Shown here piece by piece: positions 1 to 11,387 of a stretch of 64,000 nucleotides of DNA. This DNA is from Guillardia theta CCMP2712 (lineage: Eukaryota; Protista; Cryptophyta), in NCBI RefSeq assembly GCF_000315625.1, contig NW_005434672.1, positions 1,085,374 through 1,149,373 of the forward strand, given 5' to 3'. The notes beneath the pieces are model-generated. The model searched no databases, was not told the DNA's origin, and worked only from the letters and a program-made list of their open reading frames with translations. The position numbers were made by a program, and so were the translations under genes. The stretch's first letter is position 1. Every line of letters starts with the position of its first letter.

Positions 1-26
1 CGACTTTGATGTAACACCTGTATCAA

Positions 27-138
27 GATGTTGATGTAGCCATATGTTGATGTAGCCATGTGTCCATGTAGTCAGATGTTGATGTAGTCAGATGTTGATG
101 TAGCCAAATGTAAATGTATCCTGATGATGTTGTAGCTT
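27..138. repeat. 16-bp minisatellite, about 7 degenerate copies of GATGTTGATGTAGYCA
   Basis: Units start at 27, 43, 59, 75, 91, 107 and 123, an exact 16-nt period; the last two are degenerate. Confidence 0.85.
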
Positions 139-452
139 CCTGGGATCCTTTGGTTTTGATCAATAACAGAGGTTACGACTCGAATGTTGAGGCTAAATGC
201 TGTGTCAGGTATGGTCATTACAGTCTTGTTGTATCCGATAAAGTTGTGGCCGAATTCTAGGTGTTAGCAAGCTCAGACACACATGAAACCATTCCGTTGA
301 AGTTGTATGTGAGAGATAATTTCAGAGCGCTTACAACCTCGAGCCAACCGACCTTGTAGCTGAACCTGCAAGACAGAGAAATGGTTTCACTGAGGTGTAA
401 TCATCTTCTTTTATCAATATTCGAAAAATGCATCTATAGATTATTCTAGAAT

Positions 453-1475
453 TTAATGGTGTTCCTTTGATGGATCGTGGAAGTGGAACTTCGATGCTCC
501 AAGCAATCCCATGACATAATCGAAGATACCGAATTGTCCAGCTGTGAGGGTGCCGATCATGACACAACGAGCGCCCAAACCCTGAGTGCAGAGCTTGACG
601 ATTCCAGTTTCCTTTGCGATGTTGACCAAACGAGTCATAGTGCCACCACTGCCTCCGGCTCCAGCCTTGTTGATCTTGGAAAGAAGAGTGTCCGCAGGGT
701 GAGAAATGATAGCTGCCGCAACACCAGCAATGACACCAGATCCCAAAGAAACAGACACATTTCCAGCCTTCGACATCTGCTCCGGAGAGCTTCCCATTGC
801 TGCGTAGATCTTCTCTGCAGCTGCACCCTGAACAGCGAACTTCGCCATGGTGTACGGAACCTGCTTGAAGAGGATGGGTCCGAATCCAGCATAAAAACCA
901 CCAAGAATTCCCTCTTCTTTTCCCATCTTCATCATGGCGCTAGCCATGCTGGGCGCGTATGATGGGTTGGAAACAAGGCGGATACGTGTGGCCTCCAAGG
1001 GGCAAAGGAAGATATCAGCGATGAACTCAGCGAGGGCAGATGCTCCAAGATAAATGCCACTGCGCTGTGCCCAGGCCCTTTCAGGTCCAAGAGCCTCAGC
1101 GGTCTTGATCTTAAACAATTCAACACCACCAAACTTGAACCATCCTTGAATGAAATAACCTGTTGCCGTTGGTCCAAATCCAGTGAGAAGTGCACCAGCA
1201 CCCTCACCTTCAATAACCTGCTTGAAACCAGCAATCATGCCCTTATTGTACTTGGCAGGATCAAGCTGCATGCGGGTCTTCACCACATCAACAGGGGTGA
1301 GAGCACCGTGGGTGATACCGCAACAGATGCCTCCAGACAAAGCACCCTTGATGTAGTACATCAAATTGTACTTATTGCTCTCCGCAGCAGATGGGATCCT
1401 CATGCTGGGTGGGAGGACGCTGCTGTAGACCTCGCGGGGGAGGTTGAGCGCTGCATTCTTGTTGGAGTTCGCCAT
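453..1475 (-). CDS. SLC25A3: Mitochondrial phosphate carrier (PiC/MIR1, SLC25A3 family), intronless
   Basis: GGICCGITHGALTPVDVVKTRMQ, GYFIQGWFKFGG, AEFIADIFLCPLEATRIR, KQVPYTMAKF and SHPADTLLSKIN are PiC signatures with three PX[DE]XX[KR]-type repeats. First ATG (MANSNK) is at 1475. Confidence 0.95.
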   Translation of the reverse strand: MANSNKNAALNLPREVYSSVLPPSMRIPSAAESNKYNLMYYIKGALSGGICCGITHGALTPVDVVKTRMQLDPAKYNKGMIAGFKQVIEGEGAGALLTGFGPTATGYFIQGWFKFGGVELFKIKTAEALGPERAWAQRSGIYLGASALAEFIADIFLCPLEATRIRLVSNPSYAPSMASAMMKMGKEEGILGGFYAGFGPILFKQVPYTMAKFAVQGAAAEKIYAAMGSSPEQMSKAGNVSVSLGSGVIAGVAAAIISHPADTLLSKINKAGAGGSGGTMTRLVNIAKETGIVKLCTQGLGARCVMIGTLTAGQFGIFDYVMGLLGASKFHFHDPSKEHH

Positions 1476-2364
1476 GTTGCTCGTGCTCTCGTACGTGGTA
1501 GGGTGCCCACCTACCACTGAAGAATGCCCCAACAAAGACCCTACCCCAGGACGTACAGTCCTTGTCGTTTTGGGTAGGTAGGGGTGGAATTCAGTCTGAA
1601 AAGAGGAGGTTAGAGTAAGAGTAGTGGCATATTGAATATTGGAATATTAGAGAAAATTCCTTTCTATACCCATATCCTTATGTCTTAGTGTGTGCGGTGA
1701 ACGCCACACCCCCCATGTAAATGTGTCATGGAGTCCCCTACCCACATTCGAGAACCCCCTGCTCTCCACACCCTGGGATGCTATCACCCCACCCGTGCTT
1801 AGACTTGAGACAGACCGCGGCACATACGACCTCTACACCCCCTACCCCACAAAACCCTCTATCTGAAATACCCACCCCTGTCTTTGTATCCACCCCCCTG
1901 CCTATAGTTCACCCTCCAGACACCTCGTTCTGTTGCTTGAAAAGTACTACCCCCTTGGTTGGACATTGACGGCATTGGTGGGTACCCACCCCCTCCGTCC
2001 GTTGCAGTCCTCCCAGGAGACGGCAGGGTCGCTTGGGAGAGGCGTAGCTGATCTATTCCCAGGGGTAGGGATGGATCAAGGATGTTTAACAGGCATGGCA
2101 TCTAAGAGCTTCATTTACTTAGAGAAAGGTCTAAGTGATCAGGGGCATCCATGGAGGTGACAGCGTTCATGTCAGCCACTTTCTAGAAGCGCTTGCACCC
2201 ATACATCCTTTAAAAAGTGGTTTTGTTTAAAGTTGACTAGAAAACTATTCTTTCTTGAAAGTTTCACTGAAGATTCTCCCATCCAAGCCCGCACCAAGGA
2301 AGCAAAGTTCATAACGGTTATTTTAACCGTCATCTCATTCTCATACAGCACCACCGGCACTGCC

Positions 2365-3286
2365 ATGGCGCTTGCGCGTGCAGGAGGAGCGGTGAGATGG
2401 TGGATGATGGCGCTCATGGTAGCCATCATTCTGGTTGGAGATGTTTCATCGAAGAGTTTTGAGTCAGATGACGATGACGCTGATGAATGGTCATTATTTT
2501 TAGATCCGCCTGCTTCATTCTGACGAGGTTTCCACAGGAGCACAAAAAGTGACCAGCACACCGCTGTTGTCGATCTGGAGCATATGCTATCTGTGAGACT
2601 CATGTTCTGAAGTTTTATACATCATGATTGATTCCCATCCCCCCCGTTTCTCTCTGCTTCTTCATGCCGTCTCAATGTAGCTCATTTGAACTGAACAGGA
2701 GGAAGATGGGTTTGTATCAAGATCAAAACTTACTTACACGGGGCCAAAGTCAGGTTCGCTCAGGACCAAACGGCACGTCAGTGTTCATGTGCAGCAAGCA
2801 ATTCTCTCAAGCGATGACATGGTGAAGTTTCAAAAGCTCATCGACAGTCATGGCTATTACAAGTTGCGGGTGCAGTCTGATGTAAATGACCCCAACTCAG
2901 AAAAAGTGATGGCTTCTCTACCTGCATGCCTGCTGGCTGCCTCGAACTTTCATGAGATGCTTCGATTCCATGTGGATCAACATGGCCACATCAGAAGCAT
3001 CTGGTACCAGACGATGGTGACCGAGTGTCCGCCAAGTATCAAATTGAGTGGGGGGAAATCTCCGATAGTCACAAGTCTAACAGTTGACATGGAATCAAAG
3101 GGACCCAAGCTATCCATCGAACCAGTAGCAAAGATCGAGAAGGAAGCACAGGAGAAACAGCAACAGGATCAGCAGTCTTTCTTCAAGAAATATTGGTATT
3201 ACATCATTGGAGGCGTTCTGATCATGAGCCTTCTGTCTGGACCGGAGGACGATCGAGGCCGGGGAGGAGCACGTGCAGCACGGTAA
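2365..3286 (+). CDS. EMC10: ER membrane protein complex subunit 10-like (spliced)
   Basis: N-terminal signal peptide (MALARAG...MVAIILVG), then YYKLRV...ASLPACLLAASNFHE..RFHVD and the C-terminal SFFKKYWYYIIG transmembrane segment typical of EMC10. Internal exon boundaries are approximate. Confidence 0.8.
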
Positions 3287-3604
3287 TCTTAAGAGCAGAA
3301 TCTCTCTCAACTCAAATCTACGTGAGGCTGCATTATCATCCTGTTTTCTCATGCACAATTCGGCATTTCATGTGTAAAATCAACAGTAAAAGTGAAAATA
3401 AATGCCTTTGGCACTCAATCTAAATGAATCACGATCCACCCAGGGGCCTCGCAAATCAAAATTTGCGATGCCAGTTGGCAGGCTGAGGTCTCGTTTTTTT
3501 ACGGAATTAACCAGACAAACCACCAACTAAGACGGCCATGTACCACCATGCCTGATGTTAAATATGGAAACTAGCACTTTAAATCTAAAGTCGCTCGGCC
3601 CCCT

Positions 3605-4804
3605 TCATCGCCCGTTGCATCGCTTTCTGCGAACTTGGGACTGGATCCTGGTGGCGGCTTCGTCTTCAGTCAACATTCCTTCTTCGGGGTAGATCGAACC
3701 AATACTGCCATTTTTCAACTTGTGGTTCTTGATCAGCACAGAGTAAGACCCAAGAGTGAGATCGATGTCTTCTTGTCCAAACAGATGGCAAAGAGTGTAA
3801 AGTGCCAACTGCAATCAATCAACCAAAAAACTCATCTCAAGAATTCAAGAACCTCAAACTCGGGGGAAGCTCCGACGAAAGAGGTTCCCTTTGGTTTCAG
3901 ATAACCGTTCCACTCAAATTGGATCGTGATCAGCTACACATTTCAAAACTTTTCAGACAAGTTTGAACTAGCATAGATCACCTGCTCCTCGTCCAAGCCA
4001 GACTTGAGACTGTTGGTCCCTCGCCTCCTTGGCTTGATGTAGCCGGCGTAGTCGAACTTTCCATTTCTTTCTTCATGAAAGAGCTGAATCCAATTGTGCA
4101 TTCCGATGACAGAGCCATCCCGTATCTACTTCACGAGATCAAGAACGTGGTCAAAAATATTTGTTTAAGGTGTAACCTCTCCCACGAAGACATGTTCGAA
4201 AGGTGATGAGTCCCCGCGTACCTGATGGACTGTCAAGGTTCCATTCGATTTGTTCAATAGTTTGCTTAACCTCTCTGCTGTAGAGCTTGAACCACATGTT
4301 CTGAAGAAAAATCTTGAGGTCAGACTCCGATTTGACTTTCTGCTTCTTTAACAGATACTGGTAGAGGTACTGTCCGATTGGCGTCTCGATGACCGCCTTC
4401 AAGAAACTGTCCTCTTCATCTTTCTCCTCCTTTGTAACTACTTCTGCATTGCCAGTGTGAGCCTCGTAATTGTCCAAGAGAGATATGAAGTGCTTGAACG
4501 TTTCTCTCTCAAAGACTTCATCTTTCACCCAACGAAAGAGAGGATCTGGAGCAAGGTCGCCCTTGTGCCACGAGCTGTTCTTGCCTTTCTGCATGTTGAC
4601 TGCATAATCCACGCCAGGTTGACACCGTTGCACGTCCAAGAGCCATAGCCGCTCGCAGGCCAATTTAAAGTCTTGTAGTTCATGAGTTGTCGGTGTCACA
4701 GAAGCTTTTCTTTCCTGCACGGGTGGCTGCTGCGACGGGAAGTGGCGCCGAATCAAGTCATTCAACCATGCTTGTAAATTTTGTAGATTAGGGGCGTTGC
4801 CCAT
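3605..4804 (-). CDS. ENDOU: Poly(U)-specific endoribonuclease of the XendoU/EndoU family with a C-terminal IQ-like motif (spliced)
   Basis: LWLLDVQR, FISLLDNYE, WFKLYSR, DSSPFEHVFVGE, GMHNWIQ, FEWNGYLKPKGTSFVGASPEFE and LALYTLC across exons; the catalytic His-His-Lys residues are present. Confidence 0.9.
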
Positions 4805-5139
4805 TGGCTGTCGAGTCTCAAAGTCCCACGAGATGTCTTGAATGCTTCATTGATGCGATCTCCTACGATCTTCATTCCAGGTTTTTGGGTGAATGTTAGG
4901 ATCTTAGCACACAAATTCTCCAGATAGGTGATCATTTGACTCTCACTTGGGAACTTTGCCTGCAAGCCCAGTCACACAGCAGCAGAGCAGCAAGGCTTCA
5001 TCATCACCTGTCGCAAGCTCGCATTGATGAAAGCAAGCTCTGCCATCAGTCCTTTCCTCAAGCCCGCCAGGTAGCATGGGGGAACCTCCGCCATGGTCGT
5101 CATCAGGGCTGCCCACCTGAGGTGCTCCCGTGGCGCAGC

Positions 5140-5520
5140 TCGTCATGCTTTGTACCGGGCCTCCCGGAGAGTCCGGGCCCGTTTTTCCGGGCCCGGGCCG
5201 GGCCGTGGCAAGTTTGCCAGTTGTGTGCCAACGGTGTCAGTACGAGGCCCAGGAGAGTCGAGCCTCGGACTCCCCGGAGGCCCGGGCCGCTCAGTTGACT
5301 CCGGCCCGAGTAGCCGGGAGGCCGAGTAGCCGGGAGCCTCGCCGCCGAGGCCGAGTGAGCCTGCAACAGGAGCGCGGCACCCGCAATGATTCAGCGGCAG
5401 CCGCAGAAGGACAAGGAGGCCTTGAGCCCGGTGTCAAATGCCATCATGATGACTCATCATGGGGCCGGGGGGCGATACTAATACTTTCTTTACTCAAAGT
5501 TAAGTTAAAAATCAGTACGA
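5140..5520. repeat. GC-rich CCGGG/GGCCG interspersed element ending in a 32-bp AT-rich block shared with 28674-28705
   Basis: Dense CCCGGGCC motifs; 5489-5520 matches 28674-28705 at 30/32 nt. Confidence 0.55.
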
Positions 5521-5911
5521 AAACAATCAGGAGAGTCGAGGAGGCTTGACCCTGACACTGTCGCACCGACCAAACGGCGAAAAGAGAAAAGACTGCGAGA
5601 ACCACTGACCTAATCCTGCCGACTAATACTTTGAGTAAATACTATGATAACTTGCAGACAGGCTGCCCGGCGGGTACGGTAACAATCGCTCCGAGGCCCT
5701 GAGGGCGCGGCTAGTGCACTGCCCGGCGGTTCACGGTTGGGCCCGACAACGGTTGCTTGCCAGGATCCGCAACTTGCGGTTCCTGCCAGTGCAGCGACTC
5801 GGAAAGAGGGAGCGGAGAGGAGGAGCGAGGTTGAGCGAGGAGACGATCCTTGGCTGCGTTGCAAGGCTCTACTGAGATGCCATGGTGACTGAGTCCGACT
5901 GATTTCTCGAC

Positions 5912-8798
5912 ATGCTGGACGGGATCAATTTCGCTGGATGCACCAACGACAGAGAGTTCTCTGAGATCGAGCTGATCAGCGAGCTCATCATCTCCTACTT
6001 CCCCAACACAAGGTTTGTCCGACATGCATGTCACCCCTGCGAATGGCGGCACTACCGAGAGATGATCTGCCGCAAGTACGGGTTCGAGCATGCGGGCGAG
6101 GGCTCGATCGTGTGGCAGCGAGACGGCAAGCTGATCGGGGGCCAAGGAGAGTTGAAGAGGATACTCGAAGAGAAGTATCAGATAGAGTGTAGCTCCCACA
6201 TTCACAGCGACATGGTGCAACAACTCTTGGAGGAAAACCAGCGCCTAATGGACGAGCTCGTGGTGACAGACGGCTGGACGCCTTTCATAGGAGAGTTCCA
6301 CAAGGTCTGGAAAGAGAGGAACGAGAGTTTTGAAGGATCATGGTTGAATCACAAACCGCACAGAGGAACGTATGTCTACCATGATGGCTCCAGGTTGACG
6401 ATGAATTCTTGGACCGTTAGTTCTGATGAAGATGTAGATACGAAGGAGAATTCGTTGATGGGCATTTTGAGGGGAAAGGTCGGCAAACTTACAAAGATGG
6501 GTCGGAGTACGCTGGATCTTTTCAAAATGGCAGAAGACATGGAAAAGGTGATGGAACTATCAAGTAATGCCGGTGCTGACGGTTTTGTTTCAGGCTGGTA
6601 TCGAGATGCTGAAGGGAATGTGTATGATGGAGAATTTCTGGAAGGAGTCTGTCAGGGAGTTGGAACGAAGACCTGGACTTTCGGAAGGACTTACAAAGGG
6701 GAATGGAAACACAACAAGGCAGATGGATTGGGAGAGGAGAGCATTCCTCAGGAGGGAGATTTTCTTTTCTACTCTGGAGAGTTCGTTGATGGCAAGCGGT
6801 AATGGAGATGTCTTACCCCCGTCACCATCTATCCTGATATCATGTAGGTGTGGGTATGGCCAATGTCATTATCCGAATGGTAATGTTTACAAGGGAGACT
6901 GGAAAGACAACAAGCGTGAAGGAAAAGGAGAACTGTTTATCTTCGGGCATCCCTTGAAGCTACAGGGAGTATTTGAGGACAACACTTTCATAGGCGGGAC
7001 CTTCCGATATGATGACGTCACTACTCCCTACCCAGGAGAGGTAAGTGGATGTTGCCCAACAACTCCTCGCGACTGGCGGTGATTGTTGTCTTCAGGTGAG
7101 ATTGAACCCTCAAGGGAGCTCGGATTACTTCGACTCATATGAGTTCAAGAAAGACATCCTGCAATGGTTCGACCATGTCCAACTTCGAGCTCCAAGGAAT
7201 CAGAAGCATCCGCAGGCGTTGTGGCAGGACGGTTCCTTCTTGTCCAAGTACATCAGCAAGGAGCAAGCTGAGAGCCTGTCTTCAAGAGTCACCTCCTTGG
7301 GTCTTCAAGCGCATGATTGCATCTTGCGGGTCAAGGGCAAGCCATGTATCGTCGCTCCTGACTCTGGCGCCTTCCGGCTCTTTCCTGAGCTGCTCGTCCC
7401 TGCCATCAGAGAACGTCATGACCGGTTCGAATCGTCAGATCCACTGGAAGCAGATCGAGTGGACCCCTCGCAGCTGAAACCGTTTGACTTGTCGGAGATC
7501 AAAGCTGTCAAACGAGTCATGGTGAAGGTCTACCGCAACATCGACAGCTACGCGTTCATGTCCTCCATCAACCTAGATGAGCTCATCGAGATAGAGAAGC
7601 TCGTGCTGGAGTTCCTGGAAACAGAAGAGACATGCAGGGGAACATACTATCCGCTCTCGTCCGATGACATTCCTGTAGAAGACAAGAAGTGGCTTTTCTC
7701 AGGCAAGCAGCATGTGCTTTTAGTATTGCATAGCTGAAAATCATGGCAGAGAACATGTATCTGAACAAGTTCGATTGTGACTCCACCTTGGAATGGCCAA
7801 AATCTCGAGGGATTTTCATCAGTGAAGCAAGGAAGACGATGCTTCATGTTAATGGAAAAGAGCACCTTTGCTTCCTCTTCCTCTCCTCTCCCAGTCAACT
7901 CCCTGCCTACCTTGATTCGATGTTTGACCTCATAACTCGTTTTGAGGACTTTCTCAAGAGCAAGCAGCGTCAGTTTGCGAGCATGTACATGTTTATCCCG
8001 TGAAACCTTCACATGACGTTGTCGCCAGGAACCTGTTCGGATACCTGTACAACTCCATCGGCTTGTTGGGAACGGGCATGGAGATGAAGACGCAGGTGGT
8101 GTGTCCTGAGCTAGCGAAGCGAGAGGCTCTCTCAGCCATCTGCCGTTGCTTCGAGCTTGACTGTGACAAGCACGAGGGAGCCCTTCAGCTTCTCTCGCAC
8201 AGCAGCATCAACGTCTCTGAGTCGACCATGATCTCCCGCCTGCTGCACGCTTGTCGACAGATCTCAAAGGCAGAGCTGATCCTCCAGCAGGACCATAGCA
8301 GCCTCGACGTTTGGGAGGTGAAGCCGATCTTTTCCCTGCTGTCAAGCTCGCTGGACGCGAAGAGTCTGTCTCGAGTGGCAGCTTTCATCTCACAGAAGCT
8401 GCGCGTCAGAACTTTCATCGGCGATGACAGAGAGGAGGTGGGAAGTTTTCAAACTGATCAGGCGGAAGTCGACTATGAGAGCATGTCCTCGTTCAGAGAC
8501 GAAGGATGTATCTACATCAACTTTCCTTTTACAGCAAAACAGGTAAAACTCTCATCCGATGTGATGGATGACTTGCTGACGCTCCTTCAAGGTCGCAGCT
8601 CTTGCAGAGCGCCGCATCCTGCCTCGGAAGATTCTATTCATTGAAAGTTTGCAGGCACAAGACAATCCGAGGAGTGACAAAGTGAAATCAAAATTAGAAG
8701 AAGTTATGAGAAACAGAAGTTGCAAGATTGACATGATGAAGGCTCAGGTCGAATCCGATGAATTCTTGTATGACGTCTTGGAGGTTCTTGTGAATTGA
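5912..8798 (+). CDS. Multidomain protein: MDH1B/PPIL6-like N-terminal domain, MORN repeats, degenerate ATP:guanido phosphotransferase domain, possible adenylate-kinase-like tail (spliced)
   Basis: MORN repeats YDGEFLEGVCQGVG, YKGEWKHNKADGLG, YSGEFVDGKR and YKGDWKDNKREGKG. Arginine-kinase-like SFLSKYISKE..TSLG, VAPDSGAFRLFPELLVPAIRERH, RGTYYPL, WPKSRGIF and GYL...LGTG. Final stop TGA at 8796-8798. Confidence 0.75.
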
Positions 8799-8934
8799 TT
8801 CACATGAGAATCTATGAGGGTTCTTCACATCTCAAATGACTTTTATGAACATCTTCTAAATCACATTGCATTAAAGACACAGACGCGAGAAAATGAGCGG
8901 AGTTGACATCTGACGACAAGTCTTCTAAAACGAG

Positions 8935-11146
8935 CTAAGAGAACTCTCTCGAGAGTGTCCTTGTGTACAAGAACTCCGAGAGGATGTCAGATCCCTGTGA
9001 CAGGAGGAACTCAGCTTGCGAGGTGCTCTGCTCAAAGGCTCCTCGCCGAACGAGCGAGTCAGCTGACGAGTACATGGTTCGCTCACTCCAAGACTTGCGA
9101 GGCACGCCCTTCCTGCTCATGTCCTTGGTCTTCCTCAATGACACCACACTCTCCTCCTCATCGCACGTCTTGCTGAAGAACCCTTTCCTCTGCAGCTCCC
9201 GCCACATCCTCTCCACGTCTTCCTCGGGCTCTCTCTGCGCCGCATCCCACAGGTACTCCATCTTCTTTCCTCGGGCGGTGAACCCGGGCATCAGCTCGCC
9301 CGTCAGCTCGAAGAAGCTCGTCGGGCACTCGAACGGCTCATGGCCCAGGGCCCCGCACGCGTCGCATCGGATATGCCCCTTGTCCTTACCCGCCTTGAAC
9401 CCTACCACCTCCGCGCTCGTCGGCTTGTGAACCCCCAACTTCATCTCCGGGCCCCACGCCTGCGCATGCTCCTTGGGCTGCGCGAGGACGCTCTCTATCC
9501 TCTCGTTGGACCGGATGCTCTGAATGCCCTCCAGCCGCCTTCGATCCGCGCTGCTCGTGTGCTCCCGCCTTTGCTCCTGCTCCCGCACCTCCGGTCTTCT
9601 CTCTGTCGAGAACGAGGCTCGAAAGTTCTCCTCGGCAACCAGACACATGCTCACTTGTAGCGAAGCGTCGCCAGCCGTCTCAACGCCTCTGTCTCGTGCT
9701 TCACAGGCTTGATTGATCCATGGTTGATTCGCAAAGATGTAAGCCTCTTGCAAGTTGGTTCTCACCAGAGACTCTACAAGATTCCCACGTGTCGAGTAGC
9801 CCACGTTGTTCAGCGCAAACAGAACCTTCAAGCTGTTGTTGAACCTCAAGGATTGCAGAATTCCTTTCAGGCCATGTTGAGTTATTCTCGTGTCATTGAT
9901 GATCAATCTTTGTAGTTTCCTGTTCGACACAAGAAACTTTGCAAGGTGGTTCGCCCCGGCAACTCCGAGATCATTGGAAGAGACATCCAACAGCTCTACG
10001 GTAGTGTTTGCCATCATGCCCTCTAGCATGCATCGAATGCTCGCAGGTCCGATGTTGTTGTCGCTGAGATTCAGCGTCTTTAGCTGACAGCGATTCTCTT
10101 GCAAGACTTGTCCAAGGAGAGAAAACGACCTGAAGGACTGATTTCTTCTTTCCTCATCGTTCTCCTCAATGTACTTCATTTCTCCGATGTTGTTCTTCAG
10201 GCAGTGGAACGACTCAAGGTCTTCAGAAACCTTCATTCCGAGTACGAGCTTCTCGAAGCCGAATGGCCCAAGGGAGTTGTCAGCAAGGAACACAGTCTTC
10301 AAACATCGCCCTGCCCTCTTGTCGAGGGACAAGATGCCTTGCGGGAGACAAGGCTTGACAGTGAGAGTCATGCTCTCAGCAACTTCAAACTCGTTCACAA
10401 GACAAGAGATGCCCACAAACACGTCAGCTCCTCTGTCCACCAGCCTTAGCAAGCGCAAGTCATCCATCCCTCCCGGCTGTTGGGAGAAGAGGAGGATCTC
10501 ACTTGTGGTGATAGGAATGACAATCTTCACATGCGCATCCTCATTGTCTCCCATATCTGCCTTCACACGAACATCAAGATACTCCATCTCCTCCCTTCTC
10601 ATGCGCCTGCAGTGCATGACGCTGTCAGCGTATCCTGCCGGACCTTTCAAGTGCTGCACGTCTTCCTCGATCTCTCTCTTGGCTTCCTCGCAGTCAGCCA
10701 AGACTCTCGTCAGGTTGTCTATCGCTGAGCTCAGGTTGTCCGACCTGTCGCGGTAGAACTCAACGGTGAATGATTTGGACTTGTCTATGAATTCACTCAG
10801 GGAAGGTCTGCTGCCCTCGTCCAGTTTGTTGTACTCTCTCAGCACATCTCTCTTCGCCTTCGACAGGTTCATGCCCGTACGAAAGACATGCTCATGTGCT
10901 GGAACACAAGTCAGCTTCAACCACCCGCGCACTCTCGCTCCCTCCTCTCCTACCTCTGTACAACTTGTCCTCCTCATTGTCTGCCTTGTCCAGCAGTCGC
11001 TGGAAGGAGGTGTTGGGGATGTGCCATCCGTTGGTCTTGGCCATGTCAGCAGGCATGAACCTCAGCCCGTCATGCAGGTGCTGCCTGTCCCTTAGCGGCA
11101 CTTCCTGCATCGACCGATGTGCGCTCGTCGACGGCCTGCTCGCCAT
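8935..11146 (-). CDS. Ribonuclease-inhibitor-type LRR protein with a C-terminal CCHC zinc knuckle (one 5' intron)
   Basis: LADNSLGPFG, LKTLNLSDNNIGPAS and LLDVSSNDLGVAGA repeats; CDACGALGHEPFEC fits CX2CX4HX4C. Confidence 0.75.
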
Positions 11147-11387
11147 CTCGTCGCTCCGTTACTGTCCGTTAGACCGTTAACCCTCAGACCGGGAAACACC
11201 AGTCTAGTAGGCTAGTAGATGATCGGGGAGTCCGGGCCGCTCAGCTAGTACGGTACACGTTTGGACTCGATCAGTCGGAGGCTAGTCGATCAGTCTAGTC
11301 GATCAGGTAGATCACTGATCTGGTGGATCAGTCTTGTGGAGAAGCGTGGGAGCATTCAAGTGGCGGACAAGAACATATGTAATGAGA

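Noticed and set aside
27-138. CRISPR-like array
   Set aside because: Units are contiguous with no unique spacers; eukaryotic context with no cas genes.
1539-2070. CCCTACCC as interstitial telomeric repeat
   Set aside because: Copies are dispersed rather than tandem, and do not match CCCTAA-type units.
4936-5549. Several Pro/Arg/Gly-rich ORFs
   Set aside because: Stop-poor GC-rich repeat DNA with no recognisable domain; the same applies at 28188-28606 and 44039-44469.
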